The notes beneath the pieces were generated by a model that was not told where the DNA came from, searched no databases, and saw only the letters and a list, made by a program, of their open reading frames with translations. From assembly GCA_976551045.1 (NCBI GenBank), contig CDPCPM010000028.1:13764001-13828000 (forward strand): a DNA stretch of 64,000 bases. Reading direction: 5' to 3'. This DNA is from Glaucostegus cemiculus (Eukaryota). Made by a program: the position numbers and the translations under genes. Shown here in pieces: positions 1-11,890 of the stretch. The first letter of the stretch is position 1; the number at the start of each line of letters is the position of its first letter.

Positions 1-279
1 AGAATACTGTTCTTTTGAGCACAGTATCTACAGTCAGTATGACCTGAAACTTATCCAGTCTTTCATAAGATTCATGTGATCTTAAACTGAGTGTTGAACT
101 TCAGACCTGATACCCATGCCACCAGCAAAACCATTTATTTTCTTCTCCTGATATGCTTCATTCTGGCTTGGTCTCAGCCTGTATGCAGAACCCTGCAGGT
201 ATTGCTTTGCTCTTGCTGGTTTTGATCTTTCCACACATGCCTGTGTGACCTCAAATTCTCTATTCTGTGAACCCAAGAT

Positions 280-450
280 TATCCAAAACTCTGCTCTCTG
301 TGTCACACCATGCCCCGTTTGCTTTCCATCTTCATGTTTGTCCATGTACTGCGGCTTGTAGTTAAGGAATGGCTTGGTGTTAAAATTCTTATCATCGTTT
401 TCAAATCCATCCACATCACACCCTCCCTATCTCTGTAATCTCCTATCCCC
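280..450 (+). mobile_element. old L2-like LINE 3' remnant
   Basis: Degenerate IQNSA...KILIIVFKSIH...PPYLCNLL motif typical of the L2 ORF2 C-terminus. Confidence 0.5.
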
Positions 451-755
451 GTAATTTTGTTTAAATCTAATGGTTTGCTTGTGCAGAGCTCAATAGAAAC
501 AAAGAAAAAATAAAGAAATTCACTGAGACTGATTTGTTGCAGTTGATCCTATCTTTGAAAACATTTGGTCATTTGTCAAACGAATCTAGGGTATACAAAT
601 AAGAATCTTTGAAGGATACACATTGTCATCAGGAAGAACCTCATGTTTTATACCAATGTTTTAGGCCGGATGCAAACACTCCCTTTTAAGAAGCACCTTT
701 TTGGGAAACAGTGAGAAGTTGCAGAAAAGGTCATCAAATCAAAGATTAGACCTAC

Positions 756-836
756 CTGGAATACTTTGTCTTCGGACTGCCAAAGTGCCTTCTGCGGCTT
801 TTGATTGGTTTGTAGATTTGGCATATGGTCCTTCAT
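756..836 (-). CDS. GRIP1: GRIP1 coding exon 2 (81 nt, phase 1-1)
   Basis: Acceptor ...ctttctccttTcttttactcatctgattttgttttacag|, donor CAG|GTAGGT. Joined to exon 1 it reads [27 protein letters not shown](E), versus mammalian [28 protein letters not shown] just before PDZ1. Confidence 0.95.
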
Positions 837-944
837 CTGTAAAACAAAATCAGATGAGTAAAAGAAAGGAGAAAGTACATTTTTGTTTAGAAAAAGAGAT
901 CAATTTATTTTGTTGATGACGATGCATTAGGCCAACATTATAAT

Positions 945-1247
945 GCGGGCACAGTAGTGTAGTGGTTAGTGTAGCGCTTTACAGCGCCAGCAATCTGGGT
1001 TCAATTCCAGCTGCTGTCTGTAAGGAATTTGTACGTTCTCCCCATGTCTGCGTGGGTTTCCTCCAAGCACTCCGATTTCCTTCCACGTTCCAAAGACATA
1101 TGGGTTAGGAAGTTGTGGGCATGCTATGTTGGCGCCGGAAGTGTGGTGACACTTGCGGGCTACCCCCAGAACATTCGAAGCAAAAGATGCTTTTCATTGT
1201 GTGTTTTGATGTACATGTGACTAGTAGGGCTATCTTATCTTATCTTA
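945..1247 (+). mobile_element. tRNA-derived V-SINE-like element with Rex1-like tail
   Basis: A-box TAGTGTAGTGG, B-box GGTTCAATTCC, core GTCTGCGTGGGTTTCCTCC, tail ...GATGTACATGTGACT...(ATCTT)n. Confidence 0.85.
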
Positions 1248-1525
1248 ATTGCCTCACAGATAAGCTTCACAGATAGAAACAACGGTCACAAATTTTTGCT
1301 AACAATTGCTAAAAACATGAAGATACAGTTGGATTCACAAGACTGTAAAATAATAAAGGGAAAATTTTACCTAATGGTAAAAGCAAACAGTAACACTGCT
1401 CCTAATAGGAGACATTTGGGATAATATTAATTAGATAGAAATCAGTTTTGTGCACAATGCCAGCATTACATTCCACAACTGTGCAGAAATTCACAGCTCT
1501 CATACAAACGCAGAAGCCTTAACTT

Positions 1526-2815
1526 CCACACAGGTCAGCTGCTGTCAAGTCCACTGTGTCCATCCCTCGCAGACATATACAAAGACCATTGTGTGAGGAA
1601 GACCAAAAGCATAATGGCCGACCCTTCTCACCCCTCCCACCACCTCTTCACAATTTTGCCATCAGGGAGGAGGCTTAAATGCATCAGGGCAAGAACGACC
1701 AGGCTGAACAATAGCTTCTTTCCGCAAGCCATCAGAACTGCAAACTCTCTCATCCCTCCATCTTCCTTTGTTAACACTAAGAGATGCTAGGTGCACAGAA
1801 ATGCACCAGCACTTTAAATGCCCAACACCAGCCCGTTCACTTTAATAACCATTTATTTATTTTCCGGCCATTTTTAATTTAATCTGCATATTAATTTCAT
1901 GACACCAATTGTCATGAAATGCTTTGAGAGGCTAGTTATGAAGCACATTAGAGCCATCCTCCCCCCATCCTTGGATCCTCATCAGTATGCTTATCGGGCA
2001 AACAGGTCCACCGATGATGCAGTCTCCTCTGCCATGCACTCTGCACTATATCACTTAGAGAAGAAGGATTCATACTGCCGACTGCTATTCATCGACTTCA
2101 GCTCCGCTTTCAATACCATCATCCCGCAACAGCTAATCAGGAAGCTGAGCGCTCTGGGCATTAACTCTCCTCTCTGCAACTGGATACTGGATTTTCTAAC
2201 TTGCAGGCCGCAGTCAGTCAAAATTGGTGAAAACACCTCAAGCACCATCACACTGAGCACTGGCTCCCCACAGGGTTGTGTGCTCAGTCCGCTCCTGTTC
2301 ACCTTGTTGACTCACCACTGTGAGGCCAGATCCAGCTCCAACCGCATTGTTAAATTTGCCGATGACACGACAGTGGTGGGTCTTGTCACGAATGACGATG
2401 AGTCGGCTTAAATGTATCAGGGCAAGAATGACCAGGCTGAACAATAGCTTCTTTCCGCAAGCCATCAGAACTGCAAACTCTCTCATCCCTCCATCTTCCT
2501 TTGTTAACACCAAGAGATGCTAGGTGCACAGAAATGCACCAGCACTTTAAATGCCCGACACCAGCCCGTTCACTTTAATAACTATTTATTTATTTACCAG
2601 CCATTTTTAATTTTAATCTGCGTACTAATTTAATTTTAACTTCCATAGCTTTTAATGTTTAATGTTTTTTAATGTTTATTCTGTCAAGTGTGCATGTGTG
2701 TCTCTGTTGGTTGTTATGTTATTTTATGGGACGAGCACCTGAGGAGGACGGTATCTCGCTCCTATGCATACTATGTATGTATATGGTTGTGACAATAAAA
2801 CAGATTCTGATTCTG
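1526..2815 (+). mobile_element. rearranged Rex1/Babar LINE: 3' end + RT fragment + second 3' end
   Basis: RT motifs [32 protein letters not shown] (1899-2410); C-terminal DPSHPSHHLF..LPSGRR..SFFPQAIR; AATAAA then (GATTCT)n tail. Confidence 0.88.
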
Positions 2816-2936
2816 AACTTGTTGCATTAACACAACTTTCAAAGAACTTCCTTGGAATTGCTGACCAACAAGGCTTGCAGCACCACAACTTCCCACCGTC
2901 TTAACCTATGCTCAATCCTCAGTGAAATCAAACAGC

Positions 2937-3372
2937 AGGCACAGTAGTGTAGTGGTTAGTGTAACGCTTTACAGTGTCAGCAACCCAGGTTCAATTCTGG
3001 CTGCTGTCTGTAAGGAGTTTGTACGTTCTCCCCGTGTCTGCGTGGGTTTCCTCCGGGTGCTCCGGTTTCCTCCCACATTCCAAAGATGTACAGGTTAGGA
3101 AGTTGTGGGCATGCTATGTTGACGCTGGAAGTGTGGTAAAACTTACGGGCTGCCCCCAGAACACTCTACACAAAAGATACATTTCACTGTGGTTTGTGGT
3201 TCCAATGTTGTTAATGTCTTTCTGTCTTTGTGTCTCTCATCTTTTTTTTTAATGTGACCAGCACCTTGATCTGTGAAGTACGGTATTTCGCTCCCATGCA
3301 TGCCGAATGTGTATATGGAAGTGACAATAGAACTGATTCTGATTCAATGTACGTGTGACTAATAATGATATA
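2937..3372 (+). mobile_element. V-SINE-like element interrupted in its tail by a Rex1 3'UTR fragment (~3190-3345)
   Basis: Same head and core as 945-1247. The insert resembles the 3'UTR of the Rex1 copy at 24895-25050 and ends in GATTCTGATTC. Confidence 0.8.
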
Positions 3373-4299
3373 TATTAAAAAAAACTTAATGGTTATTCAC
3401 TTCAGTGCTCAAGATGGATTTTACTTGTACAAAGTGGCAGTAGTATTTGCTCCCAACAGTTGCATACAACATTGTTTAAAAAAATTCACATAGTCATTCC
3501 TTGGCTTTGAAATGATTTGCAACTTTGAGGGAATGTATGTGACAAAATCCCTTGCATTTAGAGAGCGTATTTCACAGATCTCTGCACTGTCAGAAGCAGG
3601 CTAAAATCACTCAGGTGCAGCAATGGGGCATTAACACAAGTGACAACAATTTGGTCAAAGAGTTATTTGGGAAGGATGATCTTAAAAAGCAGAAGTAAAG
3701 AGATAATAGGGAATACACAAGAAGTCAGGGTTGGGGGAACACAGGCCCTGAGAACTGGAAGGCAGAGAAAGTCAGAGTTAAGGAGGATCAGGGCTGAAAA
3801 CATAAGCATGGGAATTTTAAATTGCAGCTGATAGTTGGCAGAGAATCAAAGCAGACCACTGAGGTAAATGAGGCTTGGTATGATGCATGATAGAGACTGC
3901 AGAATTTTGAATGAGTTTCAACTCGTGACGATGAAAGCACTTGGGAATCTAATTAATTATTTTATTAACATCAAGTTAATAAGCATGACTGGGGAGTGGG
4001 GGTGAAGTTTCAACAACAAATATGTTCCTTTTGCATGAGACCAGCTGGTCAGGCAAGGTTACCGTTTCATTCCAAGTATTTACTGACATTGGGGAAAAAA
4101 AATACCATCTTCCAAGATCTTATGCAGTGAGATTTTCTGATGGTTCTCAAGGGAGCTAGAAATTCACACATCTCTCAACGGCTGCATTTGAAAAATGTAT
4201 TATGAAAATGATATTTGATTTGCATTAACAAATATTTAGAATGACCGTGATTTGACTGAATAAAGTGATTGCAAGTTTAGATCTCTTATCAGGAGCACT

Positions 4300-4480
4300 T
4301 AGGAAATGCTGCAAACATTCAGGGAGAATTTGTGGAAGGAGAAACAGTTAATGTTTCAGATATAGGAACTAGATCCCAGATCTGAAACATTAACTGCTTC
4401 TCCTTCCATAGATGCTGCCCAACCTGTTGAATGTTTCCGTCATTTGTTGTTCTTATTTCAGATTTCTAGCACGTGCAGTT
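4300..4480. repeat. Penelope-terminus-derived palindromic repeat
   Basis: Inverted arms GAGAAACAGTTAATGTTTCAGAT / ATCTGAAACATTAACTGCTTCTC and the motif AGATGCTGCC..ACCTG shared with the Penelope end at 21400. Confidence 0.6.
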
Positions 4481-4524
4481 TTAAAAATTTTCTTTTGACG
4501 TTCATTTCTACTTGAGCTTCGGTT

Positions 4525-4765
4525 AGGGCGGCACGATAGCATAGTGGTTAGCGCGACGCTGTTACAGCGATCAGGGTTCAATTCCCGTCGCTGACTGTAA
4601 GGAGTTTGTACGTTCTCCCGTGTCTGCGTGGGTTTCCTCCGGGTGCTCCGGTTTCCTCCCACATCCTGAAAAGACGTATGGGTAGGTGAATTTGGGGGTT
4701 TAAAATGGGCAGCGCGGACTCATTAGGCCAAAAGGGCCTGTTACCACGCTGTAAATAAAAAAAAT
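4525..4765 (+). mobile_element. V-SINE-like element with CR1-like tail
   Basis: GGGCGGCACG head, GGTTCAATTCC B-box, V-like core, tail AAGGGCCTGTTACCACGCTGTAAATAAAA. Confidence 0.85.
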
Positions 4766-4904
4766 ATATTCTTAGCCAAATACATTAGAATCAAATTGGA
4801 ACCGTGGTATCGGAGTTTGCTCCCCATATTTGAACGAGATATATTTTCGAATGAATTTGGGGTGCTAACCCAGAGCCAAGGTAATCCATTTTCTTCCTTC
4901 ATGA

Positions 4905-5087
4905 CAGTGGTCAAGGCAGGTACCATTGCAACATTTAAGATGCATTTGTATAGGTACGTGGAGGAGAGGGGGTTGGAGGGTTATAGGGCGAACGTGGGCA
5001 GCTGGGACCTGCAGGAAGGATGCTGTGGTATGCACGGACCAGTTGGGCTGAAGGGCCTGTTTCCGTGCTCTATTACTGTATGTATGA
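4905..5087 (+). mobile_element. CR1 LINE 3' end
   Basis: VVKAGTIATFKMHLYRY C-terminus followed by the GGGCTGAAGGGCCTGTTTCCGTGCT tail. Confidence 0.75.
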
Positions 5088-5259
5088 CAGTTGGCAAGGT
5101 GAATGCCAGGATTTCTCACGTAACCAGTTTACAAGAATGAAAGAGTTCATAATAGCATTCCACCGAGTTGGGGAGCTCTGAAGAGAGGTGAGTCTCCGTG
5201 CGTGTGCTTGTGAGTTTCACCTTGCAAGGGTCTGCAAGAGGCACATTTGCAAACTGTTC

Positions 5260-8200
5260 ATAGTTGATTGGCTAATTAACAGTAACGAATAAAAGGAAGG
5301 TAGGTATAAGCAGAGCGGCCATTGTGTGAGTGGACGAGGTTTAGAATGGGGGACCAAGGATTTGGCTCAAGAGGCTTTGGCAAGAGGAGGCGGAGGTTAA
5401 GGTAAGTCTCTGGTAAGTTTCTTTATTTCTTTGCTCTTCCCTCTAGCGCCAGGCCAGAGTAGTTAGAATGGCTCCAGGGTCAGTGGTGTGTTCATCCAGT
5501 CTCCCTGATAACTACATCTGCACAAGGTGCATCCAGCTGCAGCTCCTTACAGATCACATTAGGGAACTGGTGCTGCAGCCGGATGACCTTCGGCTCCTAC
5601 AGAAGAACGAGGAGTTCATAGGTAACAGCTACAGGGAGGCAGTCACCCCTCAGCTGCAGGAGCCAGGTGGCTGGGTGACTGTCAGGAGAAGGACAGAGAA
5701 TAGGCAGGCAGTGCAGAGTACCCCTGTGGCCGTTCCCCTCAATAACAGGTATACCGCTTTGGATACCGTTGTGGGGGGAGGGATGGGGGCGACTTACCAG
5801 GGGAAAGCCGCAGTGACCAGGTCTTTGACACTGAGCCTGTTGTCGTGTGGCACAGATGGGGGAGAAGAGGAGAACAGTAGTGATAGGGGGTTCCATGGTA
5901 AGGGGGGCAGACAGGAGATACTATGGATGTGAAAGAGACTCCCGGATGGTATGTTGCCTCCTGGGTGCCAGGATCAGGGATGCCTTGGATCGGGTCCACA
6001 GCATTCTGAACAGGGGAGGGTGAAAAGCCAGAGGTCTTGGTACATATTAGTAGGTAGGAAAAGAGATGAGGTTCTGAAGAGGGAATATAGGGAGCTAGGT
6101 AGGAAGCTGAAAAGCAGGATCTCAAGAGTAGTAACCTCTGGGTGGCTGCCTGTGCTACACACCAGGGTGGGTAAGAATAGGATGATTTGGCAGATGAATG
6201 CGTGGCTGCGGAGTTGGTGTAGAGTTTCAGGTTTGTTGATCATTGGGATCTTTTCTGGGGAAGGTACGACTTGTACAAAAGGGCCAGGTTACACCTGAAG
6301 TGGAGGGGCTCAATATTCTTGCGGGCAGGTTTGCTGGAACTGTTGGGGAGACTTTAAACTAGTTTGGCAGGGGGATGGGAACCACAGTGATCGGTCAGAG
6401 GTTGGTGCATTTAGTGTACAAGTAGATACAGAGTGTAGAAAGACTGTGAGGAAGGATAGGCAGTTGAAAGGGCAAAATTGCAGTCAGTTGGATGGGCTAT
6501 AGTATGTCTAATTCAATGCAATAAGTATCAGGAACAAGGGTGATGAAATTAGAGCATGGATAAGTACGTGGAACTATGGCATTGTGGCCATTACAGAGAC
6601 TTGGCTGTCACAAGGGCAGGAATGGCTGCTGAATATTCTGGGGTTTAGATGTTTCGAAAGGGACAGAGGTAAGAAAGGTAGAGGAGTGGCTTTGCTGATC
6701 AGGGACAGCGTCACTGCTGTAGAAAGCTGCAGAGGGATTGTCCACTGTGTCAGTGTGGGTGGAAGTCAGAAACAGGAAGGCAGCAATCACTCTATTGAGA
6801 GTATTCTACAGAACCCCCCCACCCCCCAACAGCAGCAGAGATACTGAGGAGCAAATCAGGAGGCAGATTTTGGAGAGGCGCAACAACAACAGGGTTTTTG
6901 TCATGGGTGATTTCAACTTCTCTAATACTGAGTGGCACCTCCTTAGTGTAAAGGGGATGGATGGGGCAGAGGTTGTTAGGTGTGTCTAGGAAGGATTCCT
7001 GACACAGTATGTGGGCAGGCCGGCTTGAGGAGAGGCCACGCACTGGACCTGGTACCAGGCAATGAACCTGATCAGGTTTCAGATCTCTCAGTGGGAGAGC
7101 ATTCTGGAGACAGTGACCATAACTCCTTGACCCTTACCATAGCCTTGGAGAGAGATAGGAGCAGACGATATGGGAAAGAATAATGATGCTATTGGGCAGG
7201 AACTTGGGAACATAAATTGGGAATAGATATTGTTGGAGAAGTGCACAATGGAAATGTGGAGGTTGCTTAGGGAGTACTTGCATAGGCTTCTGGATAGGTT
7301 TGTCCCATTAAGGCAGAGTAAGGAAGGTAGAGTAAAGGAACCGTGATTGACAAGAGACATAGAATATCTTGTCAAGTGAAAGAAAGAAACTTACCTGAGG
7401 TTTAGAAAGCAAGGATCAGACAGGGCTCTGGATAGTTACAAGGTAGCCAGAAGGGAGCTTAAGAATGGACTTAGGAGAGTTAGAAAGGGGCATGAGAAGG
7501 CCTTGACATGCAGGATTAAGGAAAACCCCAAGGCATTCTACACGTATGTGAAGAATAGGAGGATGACTAGAGTGAGGGTGGGACCGATCAGGGATAAAAG
7601 AGGAAACTTGTAGCTGGAGTCTGAAGGGGTAGGAGAAGTCCTTAATGAAAACTTCACTTCAATATTCACCAGTGAGAGAGACCTTGATGTTTGTGAGGAT
7701 GGTGTACAACAGGCTGATACTCTAGGGCATGTTTATGTGAGGAAAGAGGATGTGCCGGAATTCTTGAAAAACATTAGGATAGATAAGTCACTGGGGCTGG
7801 ACGGTATATATCCAAGGTTATTACAGGAAGTGAGGGAAGAGATTGCTGTGCCCTCTTATATAGAGAGCTTAGTGGAATGGTGTCATGACAACAACCTTTC
7901 CCTCAATGTCAACAAAACAAAAGAGCTGGTCATTGACTTCAAGAAAGGGGGTGGTGTACATGCACCTGTCTACATCAATGGTGCTGAGGTCAGGAGGGTT
8001 GAGAGCTTCAAGTTCCTGGGAGTGAACATCACCAACTGCCTGTCCTGGTCAAATCATGTAGATGCCACGGAAAAGAAAGCTCAACAGTGCCTTTACTTCC
8101 TCAGCAGGCTAAAGAAATTTGGTTTGTCCCCTTTGAGTCTCACCAACTTTTACCGATGCACCATAGAAAGCATGCTATCTGGATAGATCAAGGCTTGCTA

Positions 8201-9058
8201 CGGCAACTGCAATGCCCAGGACCGCAAGAAACTGCACAGAGTTGTGGACACGGCCCAGCACATTACAGACACCAGCCTCCCCTCCTTGGACTGTCTATAC
8301 CTCTTACTGTCTTGGTGAAGCAGCCAGCATAATCAAAGACTCCACCCACCCAGGACGTTCTCTCTTTGTACCACCAGACTTAAGGACAGCTTCTACCCCA
8401 CTGTGATAAGACTATTGAACAGTTCCTTTTTACAATGAGATGGACTATGACCTCACGATCTACCTTGTTGTGACCTTGCACATTATTGCACTGCACTTTC
8501 TCTGTAGCTGTGACACTTTACTCTGTACTGTTATTGTTTTTACCTGTACTACATCAATGCACTCTGTACTAATTAATGTAACTGCACTGTGTAATGAATT
8601 GACCTGTACGATCGGTATGCAAGACAAGTTTTTCACCGTACCTTGGTACAAGTGACAATAATAAAGCAATACCAATACTTTAGCGATGATCTTTGCATCC
8701 TCACTGATCACAGGAGTAGGGCCAGATAATTGGAGGGTTGCAAATGCAATCTTTTTTCTAAAGAAAGGGAGTAGGGATAACCCTGTGACTTACAGGCCAG
8801 TGAGTCTTACTTCAGTGTTGGGCCAATTACTGGAGATGATTCTTAGAGATAGGATTTATGGGCATTTGGAAAAGCATAGGCTGATTAGGGACAGTCAGCA
8901 TGGCTTTGAGGGGCAGGTCGTGCCTCATGAGCCTGACTGAATTCTTTGAGGATGTGATAGAGAAATGGAGGACTATGCGGGAGGGAAGGGTGAGACAGAT
9001 CTTCAGCACAACATCGTGGGCTGAAGGGCCTGTACTGCGCTGTAATTTTCTATGTTCA
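5260..9058 (+). mobile_element. degenerate CR1 LINE with 5'UTR, ORF1 (Zn-finger + SGNH esterase), ORF2 APE endonuclease and RT start; most of RT deleted before the 3' tail
   Basis: ORF1 CTRCIQLQLL..IREL and VIGGSMVRG..CCLLGAR; ORF2 [32 protein letters not shown]. Many stops and frameshifts. Jumps to the CR1 tail at ~8962. Confidence 0.88.
7853..8678 (+). mobile_element. Rex1/Babar LINE 3' part nested inside the CR1 ORF2
   Basis: WCHDNNLSLNVNKTKELVIDF, FKFLGVNI, FYRCTIES; ends AATAAAGCAATACCAATAC. The CR1 frame EEIAVP|LAMIFASS resumes after it. Confidence 0.88.
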
Positions 9059-10456
9059 ACAGCTAGCTCAGCACCGGGTTGAAACCAATGATTATTTTGT
9101 ACAATTTCTTCAGGCAAATACCAACTTAGCCAAACAAGCCAGTGGGGAACTGACTGAACCAGTTTTTAAAAAAAAGATCAAAGTGTTGTACAGTTCTCCA
9201 CTTGAATAAAGCTAAATCGTTTGTGGCATTAATTAACGAATCCCATCATTACAATCTGCTGCTGTACCCAATTACACAAATCCTTGTATCCTTACAAATA
9301 CATGGAACCACACACTCACTAGGTCAGCTGTGTATCACTGGGAGTACTAGTACAGACAGCATATTTCTTCTGAGCCTTCTCCTATGTCCTGTGATGTATC
9401 TCATTTGCCATGAGATGGATTGCATCTGATGTCTTGTTCTAGAAAGCTGTGAAATATCAATGGTTGGTATGTAGCTGGAGCCAGGGTCAGGAACGTGGGC
9501 AGGTTTGCAATCACCAGAGTTTATGTCTGTTTTGACAAGCTGAAACTTAATTGGAAGTTGTTATATCCACAAAGGGGTTGACCACAGTACGACATTGCAG
9601 TCCGAGTGCCAAAACCAGTGGCCTGTTTCATTATCAGTAGGAAGTACTCCATCCCTCACAAATAATGAGGATTCAGTATACACAGTGAAATACAAGTGGT
9701 CATTGAAGGGTTAACGGTGGATCAGAAGCTACTGAACAGAGGCAGACATTTGAACGCCCAGTTATTCAATTGATCATTTGAAGTGCAGTACATAATGAGT
9801 ATATTTAATCATTTAACATGTTTGAAGTTTTGTGTACATGTCTCTGGCAAAGGACAAGGTAAAATATTACAAACTGGTCTGATTTATTGCTTGTCAATAT
9901 TACAGTGGTCTGAAGCAGCCTTTTGCTGAACTGTTTCTCCTCATCAATCTTCACGTCCGACTGAGAATGAATAGCTCACCAACACAGTTCTGCTGGGTAG
10001 AACTAGGCATTCAAAGAGGAAACTTTGCTCCAGGTATCATTAATCCTTCACATTAATGATCCCTGGAGTAAAGTTAATGTCAATTTAGACTAAGCGCTAT
10101 AGAAGCAGGGCTAAAGCAGACATGGGTAAAAATTAACATATAATACATCCATATGACAAATTAAAATCTGGAGCCAAATGTTCCAATTTAGTGGCGAGGG
10201 TGTCTGTGGTCAATATTGTTCACAAAAGTAAATGCACAAAGTCCATGTTCTAATCAAGATGAAAATTAGGAACCAACTACAAATGTGCTTCATTGATTTG
10301 CTCAGTTATCATGATATGAAGTGGCCATTTAAATCAAAGGTTCACACTGGCTCCGAACACAGCAATCCCAACAGTCTCACTTTCCCCTTCACAGTTCCCA
10401 TGGTTCTGAAACTTATTTTTCCCCATGGGTTCATTAGGTCCTCTTTAATTCTCTGC

Positions 10457-10771
10457 CAGCGCCTCTTTCCCAGAGCGCAGATGCACAAGACGAGAGGGCA
10501 CGGCTTTAAGATATTGGGTGGGAAGTTTAGGGGAGATGTCAGAGGGAAGTTTTTCACCCAGAGAGTGGTTGGCGCACGGAATGCGCTGCCTGGGGCGGTG
10601 GTAGAGGCAGATACGATGGACAGGTTCAAGAGATTGTTGGGTAGGCACATGGAAGAATGTGGAATAGTGGGATATGTGGGAGGAAAGAGTTAGATCGTGA
10701 GACGTTTGAAGGACGGCACAACTTGGTGGGCCGAAGGGCCTGTTTTGTGCTGTATTGTTCTATGGTTCATT
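10457..10771 (+). mobile_element. young CR1 3' end (subfamily with (TTCTATGG)n tail), TSD GGTTCATT
   Basis: [25 protein letters not shown]; near-identical to 16570-16856 and 52972-53737. TSD at 10428-10435 and 10764-10771. Confidence 0.88.
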
Positions 10772-10804
10772 TATCTACTCTAATATACAGTAGCCGAGTA
10801 GCCT

Positions 10805-10928
10805 AGAGTACCCGGAGGAAGCTCAGGGTGACCCTGTAAACTCCGCAGGGCGCATGAGATCAGGATCAAACCCAAGTCCCTGAAGCTATGAATCAGCAGA
10901 GTTAACTGCTGAGCCACGGCACCACCCC
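10805..10928 (-). mobile_element. old tRNA-SINE remnant
   Basis: Reverse strand GGTGCCGTGGCTCAGCAGTTA..GGGTTTGATCCTGATCTC A/B boxes. Confidence 0.55.
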
Positions 10929-11591
10929 TTCCAGAAGATGCATCATGGCCGCAGCCATTGCTGTTCTCTTGACGGGTGCTCAGACCAGAGCCCCACTTTC
11001 CACTGAACCTTTGCTCCTTCACTTCACGTATTCCCTCGGTAATGAAAACAATAATTGACAGACAACAGCACAAAATGAGGCCCATCAGCTCGTCACCAGT
11101 TTCTTCAAGAGTAGTTCATTCAATCTTATTCCCCTGATCTTTGTCCAAAGCCACTTAAACTTTCCTTCAAGTGCCTGTCAAATTCCCATTCAAAAGGCAA
11201 TTCATATTGTAACCACTTTGCATCTGCTTATCCTCAAATTCCCCTTGCAGCTTTTGCCTATCATTGTGAATCCATATCCCCTGAACCTTTAACCATTTGG
11301 TATTCTGAACCTCTACTTAGCCCCAACCCGTCATCATCTGTACACCTGCAACAAATATCCTATCATCCTAGTGGACCTCAAATAAAAAGGCTTCTGGATA
11401 TCAATCCATTTTGTTGTCTGTATCTGAACTGTCCACTGTCCAAGGAGCCTCAAGTTCACAGTTCTGTTCATTAAAGCACTTATCTGCTAAGGTGCATATC
11501 ACACAATTGATTAGCCAAGCCACTCTCTGCAACTGCACTTGCGCACACAATCCTTCACATAATGCCATCTACATTTAAAAAAGTAAAGAGA

Positions 11592-11890
11592 TAATGGCAC
11601 AGCCGGTGGATCTGCTGCGTCACAGCCTCAGTGACCGAGAGTTTATCCCGCTCTCTGGCACTGTCCATGTGAAGTTTGCACACTCTCCTTGTGACTGCGT
11701 GGGTTCCCCCCTGTGCTCTGGTCTCTGCCCATATTCTGAAGACATGTGGGTCGGTGGATTAATTGGCTGCGCTTAACTATTGCAGGAATTGATGGGAATG
11801 TGGGGAGAATGGGATTTGCAGATAGGTGCTTGAAGGTCATTGCTGACTCAGTGGGCTAAAGGGCCTGTTTCTATGCTGAATGACTCTTAA
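11592..11890 (+). mobile_element. older V-SINE/HE1-like element with CR1 tail
   Basis: GGCACAG head, GTGACTGCGTGGGTTCCCC core, GGGCTAAAGGGCCTGTTTCTATGCTG tail. Confidence 0.7.

Noticed and set aside
82-414. 110-aa minus-strand ORF as a further GRIP1 exon (e.g. GRIP1b MPGWKK.. start or PDZ1)
   Set aside because: No resemblance to GRIP1 sequence, and it partly overlaps an L2 remnant on the opposite strand.
648-836. ORF MKDHMPNL.. starting at the exon 2 boundary
   Set aside because: Wrong frame of GRIP1 exon 2; the ATG is just the first bases after the acceptor.
945-1020. tRNA genes at SINE heads
   Set aside because: The A/B boxes continue into SINE core and tail with no full cloverleaf; they are SINE promoters.
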